A stretch of DNA of 56,297 nucleotides, from positions 1 through 56,297 of the forward strand of contig JBMNOI010000003.1 in assembly GCA_050942995.1 (NCBI GenBank), given 5' to 3'. Both the position numbers and the translations under genes were made by a program. The stretch is from Anaerolineae bacterium (lineage in GTDB: Bacteria > Chloroflexota > Anaerolineae > UBA1429). The notes below the pieces were generated by a model. It made no database searches. It was not told the DNA's origin and saw nothing but the letters and a program-made list of their open reading frames with translations. This document shows, one piece after another, positions 31,910 through 43,236 of this stretch; position 1 is the first letter of the stretch; each line of letters opens with the position of its first letter.

Positions 31910-34180
31910 GTGTCGAGCGATGAGCATCTGATCGCGGACAAGTTTCGGATCATCTCCGTCATTGGCGAGGGCGAGTATGGGCGCGTTTATCTCGGCCATG
32001 ATGATGAACTGGATCGCCCCATTGCCATCAAAGAGCTGCTGCATCCGCGCGCCGAATCATCGACCGACGAAGGACGGCCCGCCGAATGGCGGCTAGACGA
32101 ATGGCGACGTCATAGAGCTCGATTCGTTCGCGAAGCCCAGACGGCGGGACAGTTCACCCACCTCAACCTGGTCGCCGTCTATGGTCTGGAATCCGATGCC
32201 GAGGGCAACCTCTATCTGATATCCGAGTATGTCGAAGGGGGCAGCCTGGAGGAACGGCTGAACGAGAGTTCCCCCCTCTCCGTCGAGCGCGCCATCGGCA
32301 TTGCGCTGGACATATGCCACGCCATCGATGCGTTACAGCAACGCGATATCGTCCATCGCGACATCAAACCCTCTAATATCCTCATCGGCGGGGACGGCAC
32401 GGCCAAACTCTCCGATCTCGGCATCGCCCAGCTCAGACAGGACACACGCCGCACCCAGGAAGGTATCGCGCATCCGGGAACGCCGGCCTACAAGTCGCCC
32501 GAACAGGCCACCTCGACCGGCAGCCTGGACCAGCGCTCGGACATCTATTCTCTGGGGCTTGTGCTCTACGAGATGCTCACCGGTCGCCGCTATATGCGCG
32601 ACGGAACCCCACCCGGCGCGCATAACCCCGATGTGCCCCAGGCTCTGGATGCCGTCGTGCTTCGGGCACTGGAGAGCGATCCGGCGGCCCGCTATCCCTC
32701 GGCTCAGGCCATGGCCCGCGATCTGGAGCAGGTCCGCGGGCAGAGCCTGTGGGGACAGGCGCGCATCCTGTGGGGCCGCCTGCCTTCCGGACATCTCGCC
32801 CTCATCGGCGGAGCGCTGCTCATCGTCCTGATAGTCGGCGGGGTCTATCGTCTGGGCGCCGCCCTGTCAGATCTGGCCAATACGGCGTGGGCGGGACAAT
32901 ACACCCCCACACCCGATGAGCTGGCGTTGGAGGTACCGCGCACCGTCGGTCCCACGCGGCACCTGGCCACGCTGTCCGGCGAGGTGGGGTTGGCCACCGT
33001 GGACATCTACGAACCCGACGATGACGTCCCCATACCAATCGCTGTGGGAGAGACACAGCTTCGCACCTTTGACCCAGAGGGGGATGTCGATCGCGTTACC
33101 TTCCGGGTCAAGGCGGGGCAGATATATGTCGTGACCGCGTCGGATCTGGCGCCGGGGGTGGATACCTATCTGGAAGTACTGGTTGGGGGCGAGCGCCACA
33201 CCGACGATGACATGACGCCGGGCACGCTGGCCTCACAGGTCGAATTCGCCGCCGCCGAGGATGGGGTGGTGCTGGCCAATGTGCACAATCGGGATCATTT
33301 TGGCCCCACACAGGGGTATCGCCTGAGTGTGATGATGGCCCTGCCCACGCCAACGCCCGGCATCACACCGACAGAGGCGACGGTCACACCCACCCGAAGC
33401 GGCGCCACCATCACGCCGCGCCCCACCTTTACCCGGGTCATGACCGGCACACCGACGGGCAACCCCACGGCAACCCGCACCATCACACCGACGCGGACCA
33501 TTACGCCGACACGAACGCTGCTCCCCACCCGCACACCGACGGCGACTCGCACCCCCACATCGACCCGCACGCCGACGCCGACCCGCACTCCGACTCTGAC
33601 GCGCACCCTGACGCCCACGATCACGCCAACGCCGACCGACGTGCCGACATCGACGCCGGTGCCGCCGACGGAGACACCGACGCCGACGGCCACGTTCACA
33701 CCGACGGCGACGGCGACGCCAACGGAGACACCCTTCGCCTATGTCGAGGTGGTTGTGGATAACGATGGGCCGGGGTTCTCTTTGACGCCGGAGGGTGATT
33801 GGACGCGGCTCACTCCCGATGTTTACCCCCTCCCCTATTATGGCGGTAGCATGTGGGTCGCCACACAGGGACAGGGGACGAACTCTTCTCAAGCCATATT
33901 CCGGCCGACACTGCCGGTCGCAGGATACTATGCGGTGGAGGTATGGAGATTCTCCTTTCAGGACGCGGCAACGAACCAGCCCTTTACCGTGTACCACCGG
34001 GACGGCAGCGAGGAAAAAGAGGTCGATATGCATAACGCGCCCGCTGAGGGGGAGTGGTTCCGGCTGGGCGTCTACCCCTTCGATGCCGGGGATGAGGGCT
34101 ATGTGATGACGTTCGATGCGGTAGATGGGTTGTTGGTCATGGCCGACGCCGTGCGCTGGGTGCTCGTCGAATCACCCTAG
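31910..34180 (+). CDS. Membrane Hanks-type Ser/Thr protein kinase with extracellular PPC-like domain, Thr/Pro linker and golvesin-like C-terminal domain
   Basis: [37 protein letters not shown]; one TM. Extracellular domain names are inferred from DIYEPDD...GDVD and VVVDND...GYYAVEVW...GEWFRLGVY...ADAVRW. Confidence 0.88.
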   Translation: MSSDEHLIADKFRIISVIGEGEYGRVYLGHDDELDRPIAIKELLHPRAESSTDEGRPAEWRLDEWRRHRARFVREAQTAGQFTHLNLVAVYGLESDAEGNLYLISEYVEGGSLEERLNESSPLSVERAIGIALDICHAIDALQQRDIVHRDIKPSNILIGGDGTAKLSDLGIAQLRQDTRRTQEGIAHPGTPAYKSPEQATSTGSLDQRSDIYSLGLVLYEMLTGRRYMRDGTPPGAHNPDVPQALDAVVLRALESDPAARYPSAQAMARDLEQVRGQSLWGQARILWGRLPSGHLALIGGALLIVLIVGGVYRLGAALSDLANTAWAGQYTPTPDELALEVPRTVGPTRHLATLSGEVGLATVDIYEPDDDVPIPIAVGETQLRTFDPEGDVDRVTFRVKAGQIYVVTASDLAPGVDTYLEVLVGGERHTDDDMTPGTLASQVEFAAAEDGVVLANVHNRDHFGPTQGYRLSVMMALPTPTPGITPTEATVTPTRSGATITPRPTFTRVMTGTPTGNPTATRTITPTRTITPTRTLLPTRTPTATRTPTSTRTPTPTRTPTLTRTLTPTITPTPTDVPTSTPVPPTETPTPTATFTPTATATPTETPFAYVEVVVDNDGPGFSLTPEGDWTRLTPDVYPLPYYGGSMWVATQGQGTNSSQAIFRPTLPVAGYYAVEVWRFSFQDAATNQPFTVYHRDGSEEKEVDMHNAPAEGEWFRLGVYPFDAGDEGYVMTFDAVDGLLVMADAVRWVLVESP
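33342..33733 (+). repeat. Low-complexity coding repeat (TPTRTP/TPTAT) within the kinase
   Basis: Degenerate ACGCCGAC/ACACCGAC tandem units encoding a Thr/Pro linker. Confidence 0.8.
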
Positions 34181-34183
34181 TCT

Positions 34184-36886
34184 ATGCTTGAGATGAAGAG
34201 GCGATACGTTCTGATCCTGTTTCTGATCCTGCTCACCGGCGGCCGGACGCCGGGCGTGGCCCGTGCCACGGGGGACGCCGCGCCCGCCCCACCGCCGATG
34301 AGCGAGCGATCATGGAGCTGGATTTCTACACGTGACGGCCTGGCGCCGGGCGCCGTGCTCAGTCTGGCCACGGCGGAGGACGGCGCCACCCTCATCGGCA
34401 CGACGGGAGGCGCCAGCATCTGGGAGGGTGAGAGGCTGCTCAGCTACGGCGCCGGCAGCGGCCTGGCCGAGGGATACATCGGCGCACTCGCCGCCACCGA
34501 AAACGCCCGCTGGGTCGGTAGCTGGGGCGGCGGGATATCGGTCCTGCGCGACGGCCGCTGGACGCGCTACCGGGCCGATTCGTCGTCCCTGCCCGGCGAT
34601 TGGATCAGCGCCCTGGCCGTGGACGATGATGACGCGCTCTGGGTAGCGACCTACGGCCGTGGGCTGGCCCGCCTGAAGGATGACATCTGGACGGTCTACC
34701 GGCGAGATGATTCGCCCCTGCCCAGCGACTGGCTCACCGCTCTGCTGCCGGACGACGGCGGGTTGTGGATCGGCACCGAGCGCGCCGGGCTGGCCTATCT
34801 CGGCGCCGATGGACGGTGGCAGTACTACGATCTTCCGTTTCCGACGACGACCGAGGTCACCGCACTGATCCGACAGGTTGACGAGCTATGGGCCGGCACC
34901 CCTCTGGGCGTCGCCGTGTTGCATCCGGCCACCGGTCGCTGGCGAACCATCACGCCCGAGCAGGGATTGCCCGCGTCCCGCGTGACTGCCCTGGCCGCAG
35001 GACGCGATGGTGGTGTATGGATCGGCACGTACAACGGGTTGGCGCTGTGGAGGGAGGAACAGATCATCCCCATCCCCCATGCCGGAGATCGCCCGCTCCA
35101 CGCCATCAGCGCTCTGGCCGTCGATCGGGATGGGCGCCTGTGGGCGGGCGTCCCGGGCGCGGGCGTGGCAGTTTCGGCAGCGCTGAATCTGCCCGAAATC
35201 GAGCGGTTGCCGGTGGTGCTGGTGCACGGATGGCATGGTCCCGACAGCGACCGGCTGGAGGATAGCGAGTTCTGGCATATAGCCCGCTGGCTACGCGAGG
35301 ACGGCTTTACGCCCTACTATGCCACCGGCATCAGCCCCGATAATACCCTGCATCGCAATGCGCAACGTCTGCGTGAGGTCATCGAGGAGGCCCGTCAAGA
35401 GACCGGCGCGCCGGCGGTGTACCTGGTGGGGTTCAGCATGGGCGGACTGAACAGCCGCGCCTATATCGAATCCACCCTCTATCAGGGCGATGTGCGCCAT
35501 GCGTTCTTTTTGGGAACGCCTCATCGCGGCGAGCATTTGTGGCAGACGCTGCTCTTATGGGAACGTCTGGCCTGGACCGACGAACCCTCGGCGCTGGAGT
35601 TGCTGCCGATACACGCCGCGCTGTTCAATCGCGTGCACCGCAATCCCTACCGTGTGCCCTATACCCTGATCGCCGGTGACGCGCACGAAGAGCCATTACC
35701 TCTGCTCTTTCGAGAGCTGCCACCCGGGGACGGGCTCGTTTCGGTGTGGAGCGCCATGGGCCTCGACGATCTGCCGGGCGAGCATCGCCTCACCGGTGAT
35801 CTGCACGCCTGGGGCGGCGATATCACGCTTCTGGGGGTCGATTCACTGCTCCATCCGCGACGCACCTACGATGCCCTGATCCGGCCACACCTCTTTGGCA
35901 TGGGCGAGATGCCCACCGAGATCGATGAATTCGGCCCCTATGCGCCGCCCGAGATCGATCCACGCACGGCGCTGCGCAGCGGAAGCATCCTCCCCGGCGA
36001 GACGGTAACGCTACCGCCCATCCATCTGGAGGCAGAAGAACGCGCCGGCATCTATCTGCGCTGGCATGGCGAGCCGCCCGAGTTCGGTCTGCTGGATCCG
36101 ACGGGCCGCTTTATCGACACCGATCGGGCCGACGATCTGGACGATGTCGAGTTCTTCGAGCTGGATATGGCCGGATTCGCCGCCTACACACTCACCGATC
36201 CGCTGCCCGGCCCCTGGCGCATCGTCCTCACCGCCGACGATGCAGAGAGTGGGCCGACAGATTATGTCGCCTATGCATCGGTCCCCTCGCCGGTGCGCTT
36301 GCGGCCCGTCACCGACCGCGAATGGTACCACACAGGTGATCTCGTGACCATCGCCGCCACGCTGGATCACGCCGACGCCGACGAGGTCACCGTCGAGATT
36401 CATCGCCCTGACGGCCTACGCGAATCGCTGACGCTCGAGCGAACGACGGGCGCCGACGGCGCGCTTTTCCTGGGGCAGCATCGCCTTCCGAACCAGGAGG
36501 GCTATTACGGGTTGCTCTTTCGCGCCACAGGTGAACGCGACGGGTATGTTTTTGAACGAGGCGCCGAAAAAGTCATCGGCGTCGCCGGAGACGGCGCCCG
36601 ACTCGCCGGCCCCACCGTTCTGAAAACGGATGGCGAGCTTACCGCCGAAGTGGGGGTTACCGTCCGACGCGCCGGACACTATCTCGCCGCCGTTACCCTG
36701 CTCGATGCCCGCGGGCAAGAGGTCACCACGATCGCCCATCCGACCCAGTGGCTGCCCGGCGAAAAGACGGTGCGCATCCCTATCGATACGACGGCCTTAG
36801 CCGGCTCCTCCGGCCCCTATCACGCGGGCGAAGTGCTGCTGATCGATATCCATGGGGCGGGACTCTTGCTGGATCGCGCTCCATAG
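34184..36886 (+). CDS. Secreted multidomain protein: Reg_prop-like beta-propeller, alpha/beta hydrolase (lipase/esterase), Ig-like C-terminus
   Basis: Signal peptide; repeated LPxDWIxAL...LWVAT/IWIGT..GL blades; PVVLVHGW, nucleophile elbow GFSMGG, LGTPHRG, GDGLV. Confidence 0.8.
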   Translation: MLEMKRRYVLILFLILLTGGRTPGVARATGDAAPAPPPMSERSWSWISTRDGLAPGAVLSLATAEDGATLIGTTGGASIWEGERLLSYGAGSGLAEGYIGALAATENARWVGSWGGGISVLRDGRWTRYRADSSSLPGDWISALAVDDDDALWVATYGRGLARLKDDIWTVYRRDDSPLPSDWLTALLPDDGGLWIGTERAGLAYLGADGRWQYYDLPFPTTTEVTALIRQVDELWAGTPLGVAVLHPATGRWRTITPEQGLPASRVTALAAGRDGGVWIGTYNGLALWREEQIIPIPHAGDRPLHAISALAVDRDGRLWAGVPGAGVAVSAALNLPEIERLPVVLVHGWHGPDSDRLEDSEFWHIARWLREDGFTPYYATGISPDNTLHRNAQRLREVIEEARQETGAPAVYLVGFSMGGLNSRAYIESTLYQGDVRHAFFLGTPHRGEHLWQTLLLWERLAWTDEPSALELLPIHAALFNRVHRNPYRVPYTLIAGDAHEEPLPLLFRELPPGDGLVSVWSAMGLDDLPGEHRLTGDLHAWGGDITLLGVDSLLHPRRTYDALIRPHLFGMGEMPTEIDEFGPYAPPEIDPRTALRSGSILPGETVTLPPIHLEAEERAGIYLRWHGEPPEFGLLDPTGRFIDTDRADDLDDVEFFELDMAGFAAYTLTDPLPGPWRIVLTADDAESGPTDYVAYASVPSPVRLRPVTDREWYHTGDLVTIAATLDHADADEVTVEIHRPDGLRESLTLERTTGADGALFLGQHRLPNQEGYYGLLFRATGERDGYVFERGAEKVIGVAGDGARLAGPTVLKTDGELTAEVGVTVRRAGHYLAAVTLLDARGQEVTTIAHPTQWLPGEKTVRIPIDTTALAGSSGPYHAGEVLLIDIHGAGLLLDRAP

Positions 36887-37036
36887 GGCTCGATTTGAGC
36901 ATACGCGAGAGAATACGCTGTTCGCCATTATCTGCTATACTCTGAAGTGTGTCGCGTACAGACAGCTCCCCGCCGGGTGGCGCATCTGGATTCGGCAACG
37001 ACGCAAAAGGCATGGTTTGGAGAGGACGGTACATCC

Positions 37037-38200
37037 GTGACGCGGCGAACTCTTGTATTGATCATCCTCCTGCTCCTTATCCCGGGCACCGGGGGGGTGC
37101 TCCTGTATCAGCAACTATCACGCCCCGACCCGAACCGTGTGGCCACCGTGCGCCGGGGCGATATCGAGGCCACCATCGGCGCGCTGGGGCGTGTACAGCC
37201 CGGCCGTCAGATCGATATCTCCAGTCGCGTGAGCGGCACCATCCAGTATATTGCCGTCATCGAGGGGCAGCAGGTAGCCGAGGGAGATCTTTTGCTAGAG
37301 CTGGATGCCCGGGATCAGGAGAACGCCGTCGCTCAGGCAGAGCGCAACTTGCGGGTGAGGCGCGCGTTACTCGAAGATGCTTTACACGCCCCCGATGCCT
37401 CGGACATCGACCTGGCCAGAGCGCGTCTCCGACGCGCCACCGCCCAACGGCTGAACGCGCAAAGAGATTATGACGAGATCGCCGATGAGCCGGATGCCGA
37501 ATCTAGCGATGAGGCGGTTGCCCTCGAGATCGCCAAACTGGAGTATGAGATCGCCCGGGCCGAGTTCGACCGGGTGATGGAGGGGACACCGGAGGTGCAA
37601 CTCGAACGGTTACGCGCCGATGTCGAAGAGGCCGAGGCGGCCCTTCGTCGGGCTCAGGAGAACATGCAGAACATGCAACTGAGGGCGCCTTTTGCGGGGA
37701 CCTTACTGAGGATCAATGCCCGTGTCGGCGAAAACGTTCACGGGTTCACGCCACTGGTCGTGCTGGCCGATCTGACAGAGATGATGGTGCGGGCCGAGAT
37801 CGACGAGATCGACGTGGCCGCCGCCGCCGAGGGACAAAAGGTGTATGTGCGACTGGATGCCCTCCCCGGGCAGGAGCTCGAGGGGCGCATCACCCGGCTG
37901 ATGCCCGGATTCAGCGATGCGCGCGGCACCACCACCTATGCCGCCATCGTCGAGCTGGAGGATCACGACCTGCCGCTCAGGCCGGGGATGGGGGCCAACC
38001 TGACCATCGTAACACAAACAATCAGCGATACACTTCTGGTGTCCCGGCGGGCAGTACGACAGGCCGGACGCTACCATATCGTGCGCGTGTTGGATGGTCG
38101 GAGAGAGAGGGACGTCGTTGTCACCGTCGGTCTGTCTAATGACACCGAGATCGAGATTCTCTCGGGTCTGGAATCAGGACAGACCGTCCTGCTGGAGTAG
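37037..38200 (+). CDS. Efflux periplasmic adaptor / membrane fusion protein (HlyD/MacA-like)
   Basis: N-terminal TM, lipoyl halves (SRVSGTI, LRAPFAG), coiled-coil hairpin, LRPGM, EILSGL. GTG start; TGcTATACT upstream. Confidence 0.85.
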   Translation: MTRRTLVLIILLLLIPGTGGVLLYQQLSRPDPNRVATVRRGDIEATIGALGRVQPGRQIDISSRVSGTIQYIAVIEGQQVAEGDLLLELDARDQENAVAQAERNLRVRRALLEDALHAPDASDIDLARARLRRATAQRLNAQRDYDEIADEPDAESSDEAVALEIAKLEYEIARAEFDRVMEGTPEVQLERLRADVEEAEAALRRAQENMQNMQLRAPFAGTLLRINARVGENVHGFTPLVVLADLTEMMVRAEIDEIDVAAAAEGQKVYVRLDALPGQELEGRITRLMPGFSDARGTTTYAAIVELEDHDLPLRPGMGANLTIVTQTISDTLLVSRRAVRQAGRYHIVRVLDGRRERDVVVTVGLSNDTEIEILSGLESGQTVLLE

Positions 38201-38230
38201 GGCCTGCGACGCGGTGGAGAGGGAGGCGAG

Positions 38231-38467
38231 TTACTCGTCCGTCGATTGCCCCTCGAGCTCGTCGGCCACCGCCGAAAGCACCTCGTGGATCCTGAGTTCG
38301 GCGTCATCCAACTGGCGCCCACAATGCTCGGCCAGCTGCATCCCCTCTTCATAGAGGGCCACCGACTCGTCCACAGAGAGATCGCCTTTTTCCAGTCTCT
38401 GGATCACTTCTTCGAGTTTGGCGTAACTATCTTCAAAACTGAGCGAATCGAGCACTTCCTTATTCAT
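38231..38467 (-). CDS. xseB: Exodeoxyribonuclease VII small subunit
   Basis: SFEDSYAKLEEVIQRLE.GDLSVDESVALYEEG. Confidence 0.93.
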   Translation of the reverse strand: MNKEVLDSLSFEDSYAKLEEVIQRLEKGDLSVDESVALYEEGMQLAEHCGRQLDDAELRIHEVLSAVADELEGQSTDE

Positions 38468-38488
38468 ACTCCAAAGACACCCCCCTTA

Positions 38489-39703
38489 TCATTCTTGCCG
38501 TTGCCCCTGTGCAACACGCGTGATGCGTCCCCCCAGATCCCCATCACGAAGGGTAATCGATACCGTCTGTCCCGGAAAAGCCTGATCGACGGAACGGATT
38601 CGCCGCCCCGTTTCATCATCGACCAGCACAGCATAACCGCGTTCCAGCACCATCGCCGGGTTGAGTGCTTGCAGCCCGGCCAACGATCGTTCCAGCCGGA
38701 TACGCTGCACGGCCAGGCGATGCTGCACCGCCGTCCGGGCGCGATGCACCATCTCGTCGATCCGCTGGCGGCGTTCGTGCAGTATCCGTCGAGGATCGTG
38801 CAACCGCAACAGGCGCTTGTCGCGGTCCAACGCCTCTCGACGACGGACGATCTGCTCGATGATGATGTCGGTCAGCGCCTGCGCCATCATATCGATCTGC
38901 TGGCGCAATTCGCGCGCATCGGGCACCACGGCCGCAGCCGCCGCCGAAGGCGTGGGCGTACGCAGATCGGACACGAAATCGACGATGGTAAAATCAGTCT
39001 CGTGCCCCACGCCGGTCACCACCGGCACCGGACACGCGGCCACCGCCCGTGCCACGGCCTCGTCATTGAACGCCCAGAGATCCTCCATCGATCCGCCACC
39101 GCGCGCCAGGATGACGACGTCGATCTCTGGCTCTTCCCCCAGGCGCTCGATCGCCCGCACCAGAGAGGGCGGCGCATCGACTCCCTGCACCATACATGGA
39201 GAGAGCACCACCTCGACCAGCGGATAACGCGCCCGCAACACGTTGAGAATGTCCTGCAGGGCCGCGCCGGTGGGCGATGTTACCACACCGATGCGCCGCG
39301 GCCAGCGTGGCAGCGGCCGCTTACGCGCCGGGTCGAACAACCCCTCGGCCTCCAGTCGGCGTCTGACCTCTTCAAAGCGCTGCCACCACAGCCCCACACC
39401 ACCCCGACGAATCTCATCGACGTAGAACTGGTATGCGCCACCGCGCTCATAGACCGAGATATAGCCATGAGCCAGCACGCCGTCGCCGGCCACAGGACGC
39501 CAGCCCAGGCGGGCCGCCTGCCCGCGCCACATCACACAGCGCAGCTCGCAGTCGCTATCTTTAAGTGTAAAGTAGCAATGCCCTGACGATGCCCGTGTAA
39601 AGTTGGAAACCTCCCCCTCGATCCAGAGATCGTCAAGTTCATCGTCGGCCTCCAACAGCATCTTGATATATTGAGTAACCGCAGTGACGGATCTAACCTG
39701 CAT
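38489..39703 (-). CDS. xseA: Exodeoxyribonuclease VII large subunit
   Basis: GEVSNF, SGHCYFTLKD, TSPTGAA, ARGGGSMEDLWAFN, GVGHETD, TPTPSAAA. Confidence 0.96.
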   Translation of the reverse strand: MQVRSVTAVTQYIKMLLEADDELDDLWIEGEVSNFTRASSGHCYFTLKDSDCELRCVMWRGQAARLGWRPVAGDGVLAHGYISVYERGGAYQFYVDEIRRGGVGLWWQRFEEVRRRLEAEGLFDPARKRPLPRWPRRIGVVTSPTGAALQDILNVLRARYPLVEVVLSPCMVQGVDAPPSLVRAIERLGEEPEIDVVILARGGGSMEDLWAFNDEAVARAVAACPVPVVTGVGHETDFTIVDFVSDLRTPTPSAAAAAVVPDARELRQQIDMMAQALTDIIIEQIVRRREALDRDKRLLRLHDPRRILHERRQRIDEMVHRARTAVQHRLAVQRIRLERSLAGLQALNPAMVLERGYAVLVDDETGRRIRSVDQAFPGQTVSITLRDGDLGGRITRVAQGQRQE

Positions 39704-39811
39704 GCCTAGATTATAGCATATATTCGGTCTGGTGAACGACGAGTTTTCGTTAAACGCCGCTCTTTGCCTTATCGTACCGCATTCTGTCGCCCATAGGGGC
39801 CTGAGATATCC

Positions 39812-40987
39812 CTACTTTTGTACCAGATGGATCACGCCGTGCTTACCGTTCACCAGCCATTCGGGGTCCTCAGCGTATAATTCCTCGGCGCGCCCCTCCG
39901 GCAGCCCCACCATCACCTCGGCTTTGAGCGTGCGCAGCGTCACAAAGGGGGCGGGCATGTAGGCGGCAATCTCTTCCGGCCGCGATGTGAAGGGCCAGTG
40001 AGCGTCATCCACTAACCGACGATAATTGGCGTCCCCTTTAAAGATCACCAGATCGGCCTGCGCGAGGACTCGGCGCACCTCGTCGGGCATCTCTCGAAAC
40101 AGCAGACAGCGCGTCCAGAAGGGGTCATCGTGCACATGAATACGCCCTGCATCCCGCCAATGAACCAGGCGCTCTCCCAGCCCGTTCAACGCCGGCTCGG
40201 AGGCCGCCAGCAACGCCTGCCACGTATCGTCCAGATCGCGCGGAGTGGCGTCGGACACAAAGAAGGGATAGTTCTTGAGGTGCAGGTGTACCTCGCCGGC
40301 CAAATCGTGCGCCAGCACCAGATCCAGCAGCGCCAGATCGGTCAACAGCTCCGAGCCGCTGTTGTCGGCCACCAGATCCAGACGGGCAACGCCGTGACGC
40401 AGAATCTCCCACACCGCCTCGCTGTGATCGATCAACAACAGGTCGTCGCCGCGCTGACCGGTATTGTCTTCTGTATTGCGCACCACGGCGATGTTGCTCA
40501 GGTCCACCCGATTGCCCCACAGGCTGCTGCGCAGCCGCGCCAGAAAGCGCTCGCGCAAATCCATCTCTGGATTGTCGTCATCATACAGGCCGGCCAGCAT
40601 GGGCAGCCCCTCATGCAGTGCATCGCGCTTGTGCGGAGCAAAGGGATCGTTGCCCTGCCACGGGCCGGGCTGAAAGGTCTGCACCGCCTCGAGCACGCGT
40701 CGGTAAAAGTAGGTTTCGGCGTGAAACCAGGTCATTTCGCGCCACGTTTTACCCCGCCAGTGCTCGTCCCAGGCAGCACGCCAGAAATCGGCGTCCGCGG
40801 CATCCTCGCGCAGCGGCCTCACCAGCCCCTCGGCCATCTCGGCAGCCAGAGCGCGCAACGCAGACACAATCTCGGGCGGATAATCGTTAGCATCGATGAC
40901 GCCGTCGATGATTCCCGGCACGCGAACGGCCATCGTATACGCCGCAAACGAACCTGGCTCTGAAACCATAAGGGGGGATGGTCGCAT
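39812..40987 (-). CDS. Damage-control phosphatase ARMT1/DUF89 family
   Basis: ETYFYRR, SLWGNRVDLS, ADNSGSEL..D, PFFVSD, FKGDANYRRL, RTLKAE; start at ATG 40987 behind AGGAGGAG. Confidence 0.87.
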   Translation of the reverse strand: MRPSPLMVSEPGSFAAYTMAVRVPGIIDGVIDANDYPPEIVSALRALAAEMAEGLVRPLREDAADADFWRAAWDEHWRGKTWREMTWFHAETYFYRRVLEAVQTFQPGPWQGNDPFAPHKRDALHEGLPMLAGLYDDDNPEMDLRERFLARLRSSLWGNRVDLSNIAVVRNTEDNTGQRGDDLLLIDHSEAVWEILRHGVARLDLVADNSGSELLTDLALLDLVLAHDLAGEVHLHLKNYPFFVSDATPRDLDDTWQALLAASEPALNGLGERLVHWRDAGRIHVHDDPFWTRCLLFREMPDEVRRVLAQADLVIFKGDANYRRLVDDAHWPFTSRPEEIAAYMPAPFVTLRTLKAEVMVGLPEGRAEELYAEDPEWLVNGKHGVIHLVQK

Positions 40988-41231
40988 ACCGCTCCTCCTG
41001 AAGGGATGGGTGCCTCGCATGCCGCAACAGACCCGGCACGACAGGCGCAAAACGTACCCTATCAGTGTACGCCATGCGGGCCAGGAGGGCAAAAGGCTCC
41101 CCCATCGGGTTCTCTCTGTGAGGACGCCGGACGATCATTTATCCCATCCCGGCGTTTGTGGTATACTTTTCACATCCCCGTCGGCCCAGATCGGGGCGTT
41201 GTAGTGTCAGGTTGCAAGAGGAGCATTCATA

Positions 41232-42032
41232 TTGCACGCCATCGTATGCATCAAGTCGGTACCCGACACCACCCAGGTACGCTTTGACCCCGAGACGAAC
41301 ACCCTCATGCGGGATCAGGTCGAATCGATTATCAACCCGTTCGACATGTATGCCATCGAAGAGGCTCTGCGCCTGAAGGAGTCACACGGCGGCCGGGTGA
41401 CGGCACTCACCATGGGGCCGCCAAAAGCAGAGAAAGAGCTGCGCGAAGCGGCCGCCATGGGTTGCGATGATGCCATACTCCTCAGCGCCCGTGAATTCGC
41501 CGGGGCGGATACCTGGGCCACCGCGTATACCCTGGCTCAGGCCATTCGCCGCCTCGGCGATTATGACATCATCCTGTGTGGCCGACAGGCCATGGACGGG
41601 GATACCGGTCAGGTAGGTCCCGGCATCGCCAACCAGCTCGAGATTCCCCAGCTTACCTACGTCTCGCGTATCTGCGAGATCGATTTCGCCGCCCGCACCA
41701 TCGAGGTCGAGCGGTTGCTGGAGGAGGGGCGCGAGCGGGTGCAGACTGCCCTGCCCGCGCTGCTCACCGTGGTCAAGGATATCAACCGTCCACGCACTCC
41801 CACGCCTCGCGGCCTGCGCACCGCCCGCCGCCTCGAGATCCCGGTGTGGACCCCGGCCGATCTGCCCGAGATCGACGTCACACGGCTGGGATTGGAGGGC
41901 TCACCCACCCGCGTGGTGCGTGTGTTCTCGCCGTCGGTCCGTGAGGGCCGGGCCGAGATGTTCCCTGCCGATTCTGTCGAGGACGCCGCCGAACACCTGT
42001 GCGACCGGTTGCTGGCCGATCGCGTGATATAG
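41232..42032 (+). CDS. etfB: Electron transfer flavoprotein beta subunit
   Basis: CIKSVPD, INPFD, GADTWATA, DGDTGQVGP, GSPT; TTG start behind AGGAG. Confidence 0.93.
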   Translation: MHAIVCIKSVPDTTQVRFDPETNTLMRDQVESIINPFDMYAIEEALRLKESHGGRVTALTMGPPKAEKELREAAAMGCDDAILLSAREFAGADTWATAYTLAQAIRRLGDYDIILCGRQAMDGDTGQVGPGIANQLEIPQLTYVSRICEIDFAARTIEVERLLEEGRERVQTALPALLTVVKDINRPRTPTPRGLRTARRLEIPVWTPADLPEIDVTRLGLEGSPTRVVRVFSPSVREGRAEMFPADSVEDAAEHLCDRLLADRVI

Positions 42033-42042
42033 GAGGACGGCC

Positions 42043-43236
42043 ATGACTTTGTTGCACATCGATGTCGAGACGTGTATCGGTTGCGGGGCCTGCGTGGACG
42101 TGTGCCCTCATGGCGCGCTCAAGCTGGTAGACGGCGTGGCGGTCGTCGATGAGAACTGTATCGCCTGCGGCATCTGCCCACCTGAATGCCCTGTCGACGC
42201 CCTCTCTCTGCCACAGACGGCCGCTCCGGCGCCCGATCAGGAGGCCGGCGGCGTATGGGTGTGGGTCGAGCAGTTCCGTGGCCGCCCCTCGGACATCTCG
42301 TGGGAGATGATGGGGCAGGGGCGCCTGCTGGCCGATACGTTGGGTACCACCCTCACTGCATGCGTGCTGGGGCATAATGTCGCCGCGGTAGCCCATGAAG
42401 CCATCGCCTACGGCGCAGACCGTGTCTTTCTGGCCGACGCGCCGCTGCTCTGCGATTATCGTACCGAGCCCTATGCCCGCATCATGGTCGAACTGGCCCG
42501 CGCGCATCGCCCGGAGATTCTGTTGATGGGCGCCAGCTCGCGCGGCCGTGACCTGGCCGGATCTGTGGCCACCGAGCTGTACACCGGCCTCACGGCCGAT
42601 TGCACCGGCCTGGATATCGATCCCGAGACCGGCCTGCTGCGTCAAACCCGCCCCGCCTACGGCGGCAATATCATGGCCACCATTCTCACACCGACTCGCC
42701 GGCCACAAATGGCCACCGTGCGCCACCGGGTATTCGAAATGCCCACACCCGATCCGACGCGTCGGGGGCAGATCGTCCATGTGTCGGTAGAGATGGCCGA
42801 GGATGAGATCGCCACCCGCATCCTGGATTTCTATCTGCAGGATGACACGGTGAACCTGGCCGACGCCCGCATCATCGTATCCGGCGGGCGCGGCGTGGGG
42901 GGGCCGGAAGGGTTCGCCCTGATACGTGACCTGGCCCAGGTGCTGGGCGGCGCAGTGGGCGCCTCGCGCGCGGCGGTCGATGAAGGGTGGATTCCCTACG
43001 CCCATCAGGTGGGGCAGACGGGGCGCACGGTGCGTCCCGATCTGTATATCGCCTGCGGCATCTCCGGGGCCATACAACACCGCGCCGGAATGGGCACTTC
43101 TCGGATCATCGTGGCCATAAATGATGACCCCGATGCGCCGATCTTTGATTTCGCCACATATGGAATTGTTGGTGATCTATTCCAAGTCGTGCCGGCATTG
43201 ACCGGGCAATTTCGGAGGAAACTGAACCGATGCTGA
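42043..43236 (+). CDS. etfA: Electron transfer flavoprotein alpha subunit with N-terminal 2x[4Fe-4S] domain
   Basis: [12 protein letters not shown] and [12 protein letters not shown]; [27 protein letters not shown]. Confidence 0.93.
   Translation: MTLLHIDVETCIGCGACVDVCPHGALKLVDGVAVVDENCIACGICPPECPVDALSLPQTAAPAPDQEAGGVWVWVEQFRGRPSDISWEMMGQGRLLADTLGTTLTACVLGHNVAAVAHEAIAYGADRVFLADAPLLCDYRTEPYARIMVELARAHRPEILLMGASSRGRDLAGSVATELYTGLTADCTGLDIDPETGLLRQTRPAYGGNIMATILTPTRRPQMATVRHRVFEMPTPDPTRRGQIVHVSVEMAEDEIATRILDFYLQDDTVNLADARIIVSGGRGVGGPEGFALIRDLAQVLGGAVGASRAAVDEGWIPYAHQVGQTGRTVRPDLYIACGISGAIQHRAGMGTSRIIVAINDDPDAPIFDFATYGIVGDLFQVVPALTGQFRRKLNRC

Noticed and set aside
33342-33733. Tandem short repeats that could suggest a CRISPR or VNTR array
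   Set aside because: In-frame degenerate Thr/Pro codons in the kinase linker; no constant repeat with unique spacers and no cas genes.
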